64,000 bases of DNA from Patescibacteria group bacterium (lineage in GTDB: Bacteria; Patescibacteriota; Patescibacteriia; UBA10025; JAHIVO01). The position numbers and the translations under genes are program-made. Under the pieces are notes generated by a model, which ran no database searches, had not been told where the DNA came from, and saw only the letters and a list, made by a program, of their open reading frames with translations. Where the stretch lies: NCBI GenBank assembly GCA_041660605.1, contig JBAZWB010000001.1, positions 393,295-457,294 on the forward strand, in the 5' to 3' direction. Position 1 is the first letter of the stretch, and every line of letters begins with the position of its first letter. Below are positions 10,169 to 20,604 of the stretch, piece after piece.

Positions 10169-11701
10169 ATGTCCAATAAAGACTACATCATTGAACAGCT
10201 AAAAAAGCAGATTACCGATTTTAAAACAGCCACGGTCAAGGAGAAGGTGGGTACGGTTGAATCAATCGGTGACGGCATTGCCAGGATTTCCGGCTTGTCA
10301 GAAGCCATGGCCTCGGAAATGTTAGAATTTCCGGGAAATAAATTCGGCGTGGCTCTGAACCTGGACGAGGATTCCGTCGGCGCGATTATTCTGGGCAGCC
10401 AGGAAGGCATCAAAGAAGGGGATACGGTTAAAAGCACCGGCAGGATATTGGAAGTGCCGGTCGGCGAATCCCTGATCGGCCGGGTGGTAAATCCGCTGGG
10501 AGAGCCGATGGACGGCAAAGGCGAGATTAAAACCAAGACCTTCTATCCCGTAGAAAAAATCGCTCCGCGCGTCATTACCCGCGAATCCGTCGATACGCCT
10601 CTGCAGACCGGCATTAAAGCTATTGATTCCATGATCCCTATCGGCCGCGGACAGCGCGAATTGATCATCGGCGATCGCCAGACCGGGAAAACTGCTATTA
10701 CCATTGACGCCATCATAAATCAAAAAGGCAAAAATGTGACCTGTATTTACGTCGCGATCGGTCAGAAAGAATCAAAGATCGCCAAGATTGTCACCGAGCT
10801 GGAAAAATTCGGCGCTATGGACCACACGATTGTTGTCATTGCCGGCGCTTCTGATCCGGCTTCTCTGGCATTTATCGCACCATACGCCGGCTGCGCTATG
10901 GGAGAATATTTTGTGGACAAAGGCCAGGATGTGCTGGTAATTTATGACGATTTATCCAAACACGCCTGGGCATACCGGGAAATTTCCTTGTTACTGCGCC
11001 GACCGCCGGGCCGTGAAGCTTATCCTGGAGACGTTTTTTACCTGCACTCACGCTTGCTGGAACGGGCTGCCAAGCTGAATAAAAAATACGGCGGCGGGTC
11101 ATTAACTGCTTTGCCGATTATTGAAACCCAGGCCGGTGATATTTCCGCTTACATTCCCACCAACGTTATTTCCATTACTGACGGGCAGATTTACCTGGAG
11201 CCGGATTTATTTTACCAGGGGATCAGGCCAGCCTTGAATATCGGATTGTCAGTTTCCCGCGTGGGTTCAGATGCGCAGATAAAAGCCATGAAAAAAGTGG
11301 CCGGTAAATTGCGTCTAGATCTGGCTCAGTACCGCGAATTAGCCGCTTTTGCCCAGTTCGGCTCTGACCTGGATGAAGCGACACGCCAGCAGCTGGAACG
11401 TGGCAAGCGCCTGACGGAAATTCTGAAACAGGCGCAGTTTGAGCCGATGCCGGTGGAAAATCAGGTAGTAGTTCTATATGCCGCAGTCAACGGATTTTTG
11501 GATGACGTGCCGGTTGATAAAATCAAGAAATTTGAAACTGAATTGCATCAGCGCCTGAAAACATCGCATCAAGATTTACTTGACCTTATTCTGAAAGAGA
11601 AAGAAATAACTGAAGCCGTTGAAAAGAAATTAAAACAAGTCATTGAAGATTTTAAAAAAACTACGGATTATGTGGTGAAGGAAGAAGCAAGTAATAAGTA
11701 A
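10169..11701 (+). CDS. atpA: F0F1 ATP synthase subunit alpha
   Basis: GDRQTGKT Walker A; highly conserved alpha-subunit sequence. Confidence 0.95.
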   Translation: MSNKDYIIEQLKKQITDFKTATVKEKVGTVESIGDGIARISGLSEAMASEMLEFPGNKFGVALNLDEDSVGAIILGSQEGIKEGDTVKSTGRILEVPVGESLIGRVVNPLGEPMDGKGEIKTKTFYPVEKIAPRVITRESVDTPLQTGIKAIDSMIPIGRGQRELIIGDRQTGKTAITIDAIINQKGKNVTCIYVAIGQKESKIAKIVTELEKFGAMDHTIVVIAGASDPASLAFIAPYAGCAMGEYFVDKGQDVLVIYDDLSKHAWAYREISLLLRRPPGREAYPGDVFYLHSRLLERAAKLNKKYGGGSLTALPIIETQAGDISAYIPTNVISITDGQIYLEPDLFYQGIRPALNIGLSVSRVGSDAQIKAMKKVAGKLRLDLAQYRELAAFAQFGSDLDEATRQQLERGKRLTEILKQAQFEPMPVENQVVVLYAAVNGFLDDVPVDKIKKFETELHQRLKTSHQDLLDLILKEKEITEAVEKKLKQVIEDFKKTTDYVVKEEASNK

Positions 11702-11811
11702 TTGGTAATTAATGCTATTTAATATGCTCCGAGTGCACCTCTCTGTGGGTGCGCTCAAATCCAAAGAACGTGAGGATAATTAAGAATATATAATCCGATA
11801 AAAAACAAACG

Positions 11812-12735
11812 ATGCCCCTGGCAACCAGAGAAATTAAAAGAAGAATTAGTTCCGTCGTCAGCACCAAGAAAATAACCAAGGCGATGGAGCTGGTGGCGGC
11901 TGCGAAAATGCGCAAAGCCGTTAATGCTGTTATGGCGACCCGCGCTTACTCTGCTTCAGCCTGGGAAATCGTAAAAAATTTGTCTGCCAAGACCGATCCG
12001 GCACAGCATCCGCTCCTGCAGAAACGCGCGAAAATAAAGAATGTCGGGCTGATTTTAATAACTTCAAACAGAGGCTTGTGCGGCAGTTTTAACCGCGAAG
12101 TCGTCGATACGGTAGCAGAATACGTCAGGAACCACAAAAAACAGCAGGTTGACATAGAAGCGGAAGTTTTCCTGATGGGCCAGCGCGGACGCGATATCAT
12201 GTATAAGCATGGTCATGAGATTGTAGCTGAATTCACCAAGCTGGACGTGGCTACCAGGATTTCCGAAGTTTCCCCTTTGGCGAAAATGGTTATCGCGGAT
12301 TTTGTTTCCGGAAAATACGATAAAGTGTCCGTGGCCTACACCGATTACCGTTCTGCCATTTCCCAGACGCCGCGCGTCAGGAAACTGCTGCCCATCGATC
12401 GTGAAGACACGGAATTAGGCTATGTGACCGGTGAATTGGCCAAAGAAGCTAAGTCCCAAGTGCAAAATCAGATTGATTATGAATATTTGTTTGAGCCTTC
12501 AGCCGATGAAGTGCTGGAGCAGATGATGTATCGCTTGATTGAACTGCAGATCTACCAGGCCTTGCTGGAGTCAAACGCTTCGGAGCATTCCGCCCGTATG
12601 ATGGCCATGCGCAACGCTTCGGATTCGGCCAGCGATATGATAGACGATCTGACGCTGACATTTAACCGCGCACGGCAGCAGACTATCACCTCGGAATTAG
12701 CCGACATCAGCGCTGGTACGGCCGCTGTTACTTAG
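11812..12735 (+). CDS. atpG: F0F1 ATP synthase subunit gamma
   Basis: Conserved gamma N- and C-terminal helices (ITSELADISAGTAA). Confidence 0.9.
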   Translation: MPLATREIKRRISSVVSTKKITKAMELVAAAKMRKAVNAVMATRAYSASAWEIVKNLSAKTDPAQHPLLQKRAKIKNVGLILITSNRGLCGSFNREVVDTVAEYVRNHKKQQVDIEAEVFLMGQRGRDIMYKHGHEIVAEFTKLDVATRISEVSPLAKMVIADFVSGKYDKVSVAYTDYRSAISQTPRVRKLLPIDREDTELGYVTGELAKEAKSQVQNQIDYEYLFEPSADEVLEQMMYRLIELQIYQALLESNASEHSARMMAMRNASDSASDMIDDLTLTFNRARQQTITSELADISAGTAAVT

Positions 12736-12788
12736 TGCAAGCTAAAATTAATTAAAATCAACTTTTACAGAAAAATTATTCATTATAA

Positions 12789-14198
<1,410 letters not shown>

Positions 14199-14242
14199 AA
14201 GGTAGTAAGTTGTAAGTAGCTATTAGAAATAAAAAAGATAAA

Positions 14243-14689
14243 ATGGCCAATAAAATAAATTTCGAAATTACCACGCCGGAAAGGGTTGTTTTTTCCGACC
14301 AGGTTGACGAGGTGGTTCTGCCGACGATGCAGGGAGAGATCGGCATTCTGCCGAATCATATCCCCCTGGTTTCTTTGCTGTCCGCCGGCGAGATCAGGAT
14401 TAAGAAAGGCAAGGAAGAATTTTTTATGGCTGTTTCCGGCGGGTTCATAGAAGTGCGGCCCGATAAGGTGGTGGTCCTGGCGGATACAGCCGAGAGAGCC
14501 GAGGAAATTGACGAGAAGCGGGCCGAGGAAGCGCGGCAGCGCGCTCAGGCGCTGGCTCATGAGAAACGCACTGATGCCAGGGAATTCGCCGCCATCACCG
14601 CCAAGATGGAAAAAGAACTAGCCAGGCTCAAAGTGGCCACCCGGCGCCGGCGCCGGAAAGAACCGCCGCTCCGGCCGCAGTCAGAATAA
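14243..14689 (+). CDS. atpC: F0F1 ATP synthase subunit epsilon with an Arg-rich C-terminal tail
   Basis: Epsilon beta-sandwich plus helical hairpin; tail RRRRRKEPPLRPQSE. Confidence 0.85.
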   Translation: MANKINFEITTPERVVFSDQVDEVVLPTMQGEIGILPNHIPLVSLLSAGEIRIKKGKEEFFMAVSGGFIEVRPDKVVVLADTAERAEEIDEKRAEEARQRAQALAHEKRTDAREFAAITAKMEKELARLKVATRRRRRKEPPLRPQSE

Positions 14690-14701
14690 TTATCATTATA
14701 T

Positions 14702-15133
14702 ATGTCGCATCATTGCCAAGCTTTGGTATTGCACTGCATAGATTTCCGATTTCATACGGCCATCCGTGATTTTTTGGTTTCTTTAGGGTTAAAAAATAAT
14801 TACGACTTAGTCAGCCTGGCCGGAGCGGCCAAGGGATTGGCGGATAAAGACGCGGCCAGCACGCAGCTGATTTTAAAGCAGATCGAAATATCGGAAAAGC
14901 TTCACGGCATTTCCGAAGTTTACCTGATGCATCATCTGGATTGCGGTGCCTACGGCGGACATGCGGCGTTTCCTGATTTACAGGCGGAAAGAGCCAGGCA
15001 GATCCAGGATATGCGATCCGCCCGGAAAATTATCCTGGATAAATTCAGCAAATTAGAAGTAAAAAACGTTTTAGCCAGGATCCAGCCGGGTCCGCAAGGC
15101 GATCAGATCGATTTTGAAATGGTCGGCAATTAA
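14702..15133 (+). CDS. Small beta-carbonic-anhydrase-like metal-binding protein
   Basis: CxDxR (HCIDFR) and HxxCG (HHLDCGAYGG) motifs in the beta-CA order and spacing; short, 143 aa. Confidence 0.35.
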   Translation: MSHHCQALVLHCIDFRFHTAIRDFLVSLGLKNNYDLVSLAGAAKGLADKDAASTQLILKQIEISEKLHGISEVYLMHHLDCGAYGGHAAFPDLQAERARQIQDMRSARKIILDKFSKLEVKNVLARIQPGPQGDQIDFEMVGN

Positions 15134-15240
15134 TAAAAATTTATTTTCCTCCTTCGTCCCGCCAAGGCGGGACTACGGAGGATTCTCCTCATTTTGTATC
15201 CCCGCGATAATCGCGGGGTATATAGGCGGAGGAGAATCAA
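15134..15240 (+). ncRNA. Structured noncoding element (nested GC-rich hairpins) downstream of the atp operon
   Basis: cccgccaaggcggga hairpin; outer stem ggaggattctcctc/ggaggagaatc enclosing the ccccgcgat-aat-cgcgggg hairpin. Confidence 0.35.
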
Positions 15241-15242
15241 AA

Positions 15243-15270
15243 AGACCCGCTATAAAGCGGGCCTTTTTAA
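15243..15270. terminator. Bidirectional intrinsic terminator between the atp-operon side and the convergent RRM gene
   Basis: gacccgc-tataaa-gcgggcc hairpin flanked by A/T runs on both strands. Confidence 0.6.
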
Positions 15271-15287
15271 GTTTATGTAAAGATAAA

Positions 15288-15581
15288 CTAGAAGTTTCTT
15301 GAACCGCCGAAATTGCCGCGCGGTGGCCTTTCTTTCATTGGCCGAGCTTCATTGACGATGATTGAGCGGCCTTCGAAATCCTTGCCATTGAGAGTATCAA
15401 TAGCAGTTTTGGCCTCTTCATCCGTGCTCATTTCCACAAAGCCGAAACCTTTTGACCGTCCGGATACCCTGTCAATGATGACATTGGCGGATTCCACTGT
15501 GCCGGCCTGAGAAAAGAAATCTCTCAGCTGGTCGTCGGTAACACTATAGGATAGGCTTCCTACGAATAATTTCTTTGCCAT
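15288..15581 (-). CDS. RRM-type RNA-binding protein (RNP-1 and RNP-2 motifs) with a Gly/Arg-rich tail
   Basis: LFVGSL (RNP-2) and KGFGFVEM (RNP-1). Confidence 0.9.
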   Translation of the reverse strand: MAKKLFVGSLSYSVTDDQLRDFFSQAGTVESANVIIDRVSGRSKGFGFVEMSTDEEAKTAIDTLNGKDFEGRSIIVNEARPMKERPPRGNFGGSRNF

Positions 15582-16141
15582 TTTTTTTCGCTTGATTTTA
15601 ATGGTTAATTATCGCTATCGTTTTAGGAAGACCTTTTTCATCCCCCGACTTAACTTTTCGTAAGAGGCGGGAGCGTCCTCTAATGTTACCATTAGATAAG
15701 TCCTAAAAAGAATAACAGTTTGATACTATCAAAGGAGGCCTCTTTTGTCAATATAGGCCGTATTTATAGAATAAAAAAGCGCGGAACCCTTCAAACAAGC
15801 TCCGCGCCAATCAGTCACAATTGACCGATAATCACTCCTTTCGCTAAGGCAGAGAGCAAACAAGTGAATAGCGACGCCGGCTGCTGATATTTACCATTCT
15901 GTTTTCATTTACGGGTAACTGACTTCAGAGAAAGGAAGACCATAATGAATAGAGTCGTTACACTATGCTAACAGCCGACGAGTAAATTTTAGCACTATTG
16001 GGCGGACAGGTGAAGGGGAGTAATATTGGGAAATCGTTATGCACAGTTGACCGTTTTAGAGCTACAATCTATACTTAATATGTAAATAGAAGCCTTCCCC
16101 AAAGTATTTTTGGTGAAGGTGTTTTTAATGTAAATTCAATG

Positions 16142-16182
16142 TTTGACTACATCAGGTACTAGTATTAGGGTTAAAGTATAAG
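16142..16182 (+). repeat. Copy 1 of a ~40-bp shared upstream element (TTGACT...GGTACTAGTATTAGGGTTAAAGTAT)
   Basis: About 90 percent identical to the copy at 17191-17232; lies upstream of the 16346 gene. Confidence 0.6.
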
Positions 16183-16345
16183 ATTAATAAATTAAAAACA
16201 ACTATGGAAAACCAACCAAACCGGTAAATAAGACCAGGTGGATAGTGTTTGTAATGAAATAACTTATCCGCATATTCATCGATTAATAAAGTGTTTATTT
16301 GGTACAATGAAATTAACAAGTTATTGTTAAACAATCAACCCTGAT

Positions 16346-17056
16346 ATGGTGATTCATCCACAAAGTAATAGATCGCTAACAGCCCCATTTCTAGTGATAG
16401 TTTGTACTTTTAGTTTCACCGCAATTCTTGTTGTTTGTATCTTTATATACTTGATGTTTTATCAGGATTGCATCGACAACCCCCAAGAAAAATCGATACA
16501 GGTATTTACTGAGGTTCCTAAATACAGTATTGAAAATTTTAAATGGGCAACAATACAATATAATACCGGCAAGGATTATGCGATTGAATTAAAGGTTCCA
16601 AAACATTGGGACGCAGAAGTGTCGCAACAAGCTTTAAGTGAGCGCGACAATCTACTATTTGCTCAGGGTGCCGTAAGTCATCCAGATATTCACGCTTCCG
16701 TACAAGTTCGCTACTATCATAATTCTGAATCTTTTGAAAATTGGATATCAAAGCATAAGCTAGAGTACGAGTTACCACAGTGGGCAGGAACTCAATTTAT
16801 TGAGGAGGATATTGTGTATAATAATGTAAAATACAAAAAGTTTAGCCCTGAGGGGAGAAATTATGGATTTTTTTTCATTCCAAAGAATGACGGTGTGTAT
16901 CAGATTGAATTTGGCGTTGGAGGCTGGTCTGATTTTACGAATGTTGAAATAAGTCAAGAAGCATTCCCTTCTTCTTATGAGATCGTACCGAGGGTACTAG
17001 GTTCTTTACGCTTCGTTCCTGCTAGTGTGGGTAATAATGATGATTCAGAATGGTAG
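16346..17056 (+). CDS. Hypothetical protein with an N-terminal TM anchor
   Basis: 236-aa ORF with a signal-anchor TM then a globular domain; the TAG stop is followed by about 46 in-frame protein-like codons. Confidence 0.5.
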   Translation: MVIHPQSNRSLTAPFLVIVCTFSFTAILVVCIFIYLMFYQDCIDNPQEKSIQVFTEVPKYSIENFKWATIQYNTGKDYAIELKVPKHWDAEVSQQALSERDNLLFAQGAVSHPDIHASVQVRYYHNSESFENWISKHKLEYELPQWAGTQFIEEDIVYNNVKYKKFSPEGRNYGFFFIPKNDGVYQIEFGVGGWSDFTNVEISQEAFPSSYEIVPRVLGSLRFVPASVGNNDDSEW

Positions 17057-17190
17057 ACTTACCAATATTCAGAATCCGGATTGTTGTTAAGGTATCCAAA
17101 AGACTGGATAGTTGAGAATAAAAGAGCCTTTTTTATAATAAGCAGTCAGTTTCTCACAATAACAAAGGTATTTTTATATAAATTTTAAAT

Positions 17191-17232
17191 TTGACTGCAT
17201 TAGGGTACTAGTATTAGGGTTAAAATATCAAC
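17191..17232 (+). repeat. Copy 2 of the shared upstream element
   Basis: Same motif TTGACTGCAT..GGTACTAGTATTAGGGTTAAAATAT, upstream of the 17399 gene. Confidence 0.6.
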
Positions 17233-17398
17233 ACATTGAATACCAACTCATTAAAATCGATTAATATTTCACATATTTAATCACTAATCAATAAAAACAA
17301 AACTTATTACATTGGAGGGATGCACTTTGACAATTTAACTTCAGAATCAATCTTTACTCTAGTACTTCAAAACAAAATCCCTGAAAGGAGGGATTGCT

Positions 17399-19477
17399 AT
17401 GCTAAAGTTGTTAACTAACCTAGGTACTACGGTTCTCGTAGTAATTCTATTATCTGTAACGGCAATTGCAGGTGATACATGGCTGCTTACATTCCCGCTT
17501 GATGTACAACCGGATAGTTGGCCATGTAATTTCCAGTGTCATGACAATCGTCCCGGAGGAAATGACTACAGCTGTAATACAGGTACAAATGTATTAGCTG
17601 CAGAGGATGGATACGTTCATATTCACGACGATCCTGACGGTTATGGCACGTATCTCACGGAAGACATAGCCTATTATCAATTGTATTACGGGCATTTGTC
17701 GGAAGTATTAGTCAATGAGGGACAATTTGTTACCCAAGGAAGTGTGATTGCGAAAAGCGGGAGCACTGGTTGGTCCACGGGTCCACATCTTCATTTCGAA
17801 GTACGATCAAGCAATATGCCAATTGATCCGTATAATATTAATCACTGGCTCTGGGTTTCACCGCCACCATTCAATCCGGTAACTCTTTATTCACAGCTTG
17901 CATATTCTGGTACCTGCGTCGGTAAGTCCCACAGCAATACCCTAGTACTTCTACCGGGTTCTTCCGCAGAATGCTGGATTGATTTCAAGTGTAACCCGCC
18001 ATTCTATTGGTCAAGTAATGGGAATAGTTCGCATTATGTAGCACTGCATTCGGTAGCTAGTAACTGGACTGACATGGAAGACTCGCCGGTGATTACAGGC
18101 ACTACTAATTTGCTGGATGATGATGGTAGTACAGCGGATCCGAATGGTGTAGCTCGATTTAATTTCACCATAACTGCTCCACAGTCGCCCGGCACATATA
18201 CACTTCGTGCAAGAGTGTATCATCCACATTCAGGTACTTTTATCACAGGCACTGGTCCTGATGTTACATTTAATGTTCAGGTAGTCAGTCCACCGCAAGA
18301 AAACACCAGTTACTACCCTATTTCCGGTGACTTCAACGGTGACGGCCTGGCTGATGTGGGACTTTACGATCAGATAACCGGCAACTGGTACATAGCTTTG
18401 CACAGTTCGACTTCAAACCGCTTCATTCCACAAGCCGAACCCTGGCTCACTGGCTGGGGAACCGGCATCGGCAACTACTTGCCAACCAGTGGTGACGTTG
18501 ATGGTGATGGATTGTGGGATTTAATACTCTACCAGCCAGTCAATGGCCGGTGGGCAGTAGCCAAAAACTACGGCGGTTATTTCGCCCAGCTTAATGGAAC
18601 TTATATCCATGGCTGTTGGTATGAGAACTGGGGCACCGGCGAAGGAGTCTACTTTCCTGCAAGTGGTGATGTTGACGGTGACGGATTATGGGATGCCATA
18701 CTTTATCAGCCTGTTAACGGAAGATGGCCGGTAGCAAAGAACTACGGTGACCACTTCACCCAGATCAACGGGCCATATGCGCGCGGCTGTTGGTACGAGA
18801 ACTGGGGAACCGGCGTGGGTGTCTACCAGCCAGTCTCTGGAGATGTTGACGGTGACGGTTTATCTGACATTTTACTCTACCAGCCAGTCAATGGCCGGTG
18901 GGCAGTAGCCAAAAACTACGGCGGTTATTTCGCGCAATTGAACGGACCGTATGTTCGAGGATGTTGGCTGGCTAACTGGGGAACAGGCGTTGGAGTTTAC
19001 ATGCCCATCAGCGGTGACGTAGACAATGACGGCTTGACTGATATTCTGCTTTACGTTCCAAGTACCGGTAGATGGGCAGTTGCCAAGAACTATGGTGGCT
19101 ATTTTGCCCAGATCAATGGCCCTTATATTAATGGCTGCTGGCTGGTGAACTGGGGCATTCAGAACGAAGGTACCCCGAAAATCGCTACTCCAGAAACGGA
19201 GAATCCGCTTCCGGCAGACTTCACTCTTTCCCAAAACTATCCGAATCCATTCAATCCGGTCACGAATATCAGCTATTCATTACCGGTTGCTGCCGATGTC
19301 TGCCTGGAAATTTACAACGTCCTGGGGCAGAGAGTAGCCACGCTGGCAAATGAACGGCAGGTGGCTGGTGAGCACAGCATTCAGTGGGATGCTCATCAGT
19401 GTCCGTCCGGAATCTATTTCTACAGGTTAACAACAGATCAGGTTACTGAAACGAAAAAAATGATCATTCTGAAGTAA
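17399..19477 (+). CDS. Secreted M23 (LytM/lysostaphin-type) metallopeptidase with 5 FG-GAP-like repeats and a T9SS (Por) C-terminal sorting domain
   Basis: Signal peptide; HIHDDPD and GPHLHFEV M23 motifs; five SGDVDGDGLxD-type repeats; C-terminal QNYPNPFNPVTNISYSLP...LEIYNVLGQRVATL...SGIYFYRL sorting-tail signature; strong SD aaggaggg. Confidence 0.8.
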   Translation: MLKLLTNLGTTVLVVILLSVTAIAGDTWLLTFPLDVQPDSWPCNFQCHDNRPGGNDYSCNTGTNVLAAEDGYVHIHDDPDGYGTYLTEDIAYYQLYYGHLSEVLVNEGQFVTQGSVIAKSGSTGWSTGPHLHFEVRSSNMPIDPYNINHWLWVSPPPFNPVTLYSQLAYSGTCVGKSHSNTLVLLPGSSAECWIDFKCNPPFYWSSNGNSSHYVALHSVASNWTDMEDSPVITGTTNLLDDDGSTADPNGVARFNFTITAPQSPGTYTLRARVYHPHSGTFITGTGPDVTFNVQVVSPPQENTSYYPISGDFNGDGLADVGLYDQITGNWYIALHSSTSNRFIPQAEPWLTGWGTGIGNYLPTSGDVDGDGLWDLILYQPVNGRWAVAKNYGGYFAQLNGTYIHGCWYENWGTGEGVYFPASGDVDGDGLWDAILYQPVNGRWPVAKNYGDHFTQINGPYARGCWYENWGTGVGVYQPVSGDVDGDGLSDILLYQPVNGRWAVAKNYGGYFAQLNGPYVRGCWLANWGTGVGVYMPISGDVDNDGLTDILLYVPSTGRWAVAKNYGGYFAQINGPYINGCWLVNWGIQNEGTPKIATPETENPLPADFTLSQNYPNPFNPVTNISYSLPVAADVCLEIYNVLGQRVATLANERQVAGEHSIQWDAHQCPSGIYFYRLTTDQVTETKKMIILK
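18322..19190 (+). repeat. Intragenic tandem array of about 5 units of roughly 175 nt, with about 58-nt blocks identical between units
   Basis: ctctaccagccagtcaatggccggtgggcagtagccaaaaactacggcggttatttcgc occurs at about 18528 and again at about 18880. Confidence 0.7.
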
Positions 19478-19498
19478 CCTTCCCTAAATCACAATCAA

Positions 19499-19531
19499 CC
19501 CTTGCGGCAGAAATGCTGCAAGGTTTTTTTA
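19499..19531 (+). terminator. Intrinsic terminator of the M23/FG-GAP gene
   Basis: ccttgcggcag-aaat-gctgcaagg perfect hairpin followed by ttttttt. Confidence 0.8.
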
Positions 19532-19586
19532 TCTGTTCATTTTATATATTAAATACGGCAGTTATGTGGTAAAAATCAACCAAGTC

Positions 19587-19614
19587 TTGACAATATTAAT
19601 TTTTAGGTTATACT
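19587..19614 (+). promoter_or_regulatory. Sigma70-like promoter (TTGACA, 16-nt spacer, TATACT)
   Basis: Near-consensus hexamers upstream of the 19689 gene. Confidence 0.5.
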
Positions 19615-19688
19615 ATATAGTTCAATAGTCTTAGTTCGCACATTATATTATTGAGATAATAAACAAAGGATAATTTCCTAGGAGGGAT

Positions 19689-20042
19689 ATGGATCCTAAG
19701 GTTGCAGTTTTAATTGGTGTGATGGCGGTAGTAGCGGTTATTATTGCTCTGCGAAATAAGCCAGGGCAGAATAAGCCGGTTGTTGTCGAGGCTGAACGGA
19801 TTCCTCGAACACTGGTAATCAGTGTCAGATGCATTGTGTACGAAGGCAATAAAACCCTTGCCAAGTATCCTAATGAACGCATCATCGTTGGTCGAGGGAG
19901 ATATCTTTTAGAGAAGGTTCCCAGCCTAGACAACTTTGGTGGCTGTTGGTTGGTGCTAGAAGGTACAATGCGCGGCCGGCCTATTGATGAATGGCTGGCG
20001 GAGGCTCAGGATAAAACATCCGAGTACCGTCTCGAATATTGA
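19689..20042 (+). CDS. Hypothetical small protein with an N-terminal TM helix
   Basis: Strong SD aggaggg; own promoter and terminator. Confidence 0.5.
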   Translation: MDPKVAVLIGVMAVVAVIIALRNKPGQNKPVVVEAERIPRTLVISVRCIVYEGNKTLAKYPNERIIVGRGRYLLEKVPSLDNFGGCWLVLEGTMRGRPIDEWLAEAQDKTSEYRLEY

Positions 20043-20078
20043 GACGAACACGATTACAATTCACCTTCACCGGTGAAG

Positions 20079-20108
20079 CCCGTTGGCAGATGTCGACGGG
20101 TTTTTTTA
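20079..20108 (+). terminator. Intrinsic terminator
   Basis: cccgttggcagatgtcgacggg hairpin followed by ttttttt, preceded by a second hairpin cttcaccggtgaag. Confidence 0.75.
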
Positions 20109-20159
20109 TTGAAAAAGCCATTAATTGCTAATGAATTTGCATATTTTTATAAAATGGCA

Positions 20160-20188
20160 TTGACAAATTGAAAGAAATGGAGTACACT
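20160..20188 (+). promoter_or_regulatory. Sigma70-like promoter (TTGACA, 17-nt spacer, TACACT) with an A/T-rich UP region
   Basis: Hexamers upstream of the Zn-ribbon gene. Confidence 0.5.
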
Positions 20189-20218
20189 AGTGGATAAAAT
20201 ATGTTTTGGGGAGGAAGT

Positions 20219-20509
20219 ATGTCATTTCTCGGAACGATCGTTGCGCACCTTGCGACAAGACCAATAACCCAATATGTTGATTCGACATCAAGTACTGGCA
20301 ATACTGGACAGCCTAAAGAATTACCCAGATGCCGTAAATGTGGCCAAAAGCATAAGGACGGGGAATCGTGTCCTTGTCCGCTTTGTCCTAAATGCGGCAG
20401 TGTTATGGAAGCAGCTGATAATAGTGGAGTGCTTCAGTGCTACCATAATGCTTACCATTGTCTGGTATGCGGAAACACTTTAAGGGTTAACGGAAAACAC
20501 AGGCGGTGA
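20219..20509 (+). CDS. Small Cys-rich zinc-ribbon protein; an alternative start exists at 20201
   Basis: CRKCGQK...CPCPLCPKCG...CYHNAYHCLVCG Cys clusters; SD ggggagga precedes the ATG at 20219. Confidence 0.5.
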   Translation: MSFLGTIVAHLATRPITQYVDSTSSTGNTGQPKELPRCRKCGQKHKDGESCPCPLCPKCGSVMEAADNSGVLQCYHNAYHCLVCGNTLRVNGKHRR

Positions 20510-20543
20510 AAAAAACTTCAAAACTTTTCACCGCTATTTTTTT
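20504..20543 (+). terminator. Intrinsic terminator
   Basis: gcggtgaaaa...ttttcaccgc hairpin followed by a T-run. Confidence 0.7.
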
Positions 20544-20604
20544 AGATAATTTATTTGAGTTTCCTACTCTTGCTTTTCTTTAAGTTGACGGTTAAAATTA
20601 ATTC

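Noticed and set aside
10183-10723. Minus-strand ORFs (117 and 133 aa) inside atpA
   Set aside because: Antisense to a universally conserved gene, so spurious.
15114-15302. 62-aa ORF downstream of the beta-CA-like gene
   Set aside because: It lies wholly within nested GC hairpins and the terminator. Its sequence is dictated by palindromes, so it is more likely RNA structure than protein.
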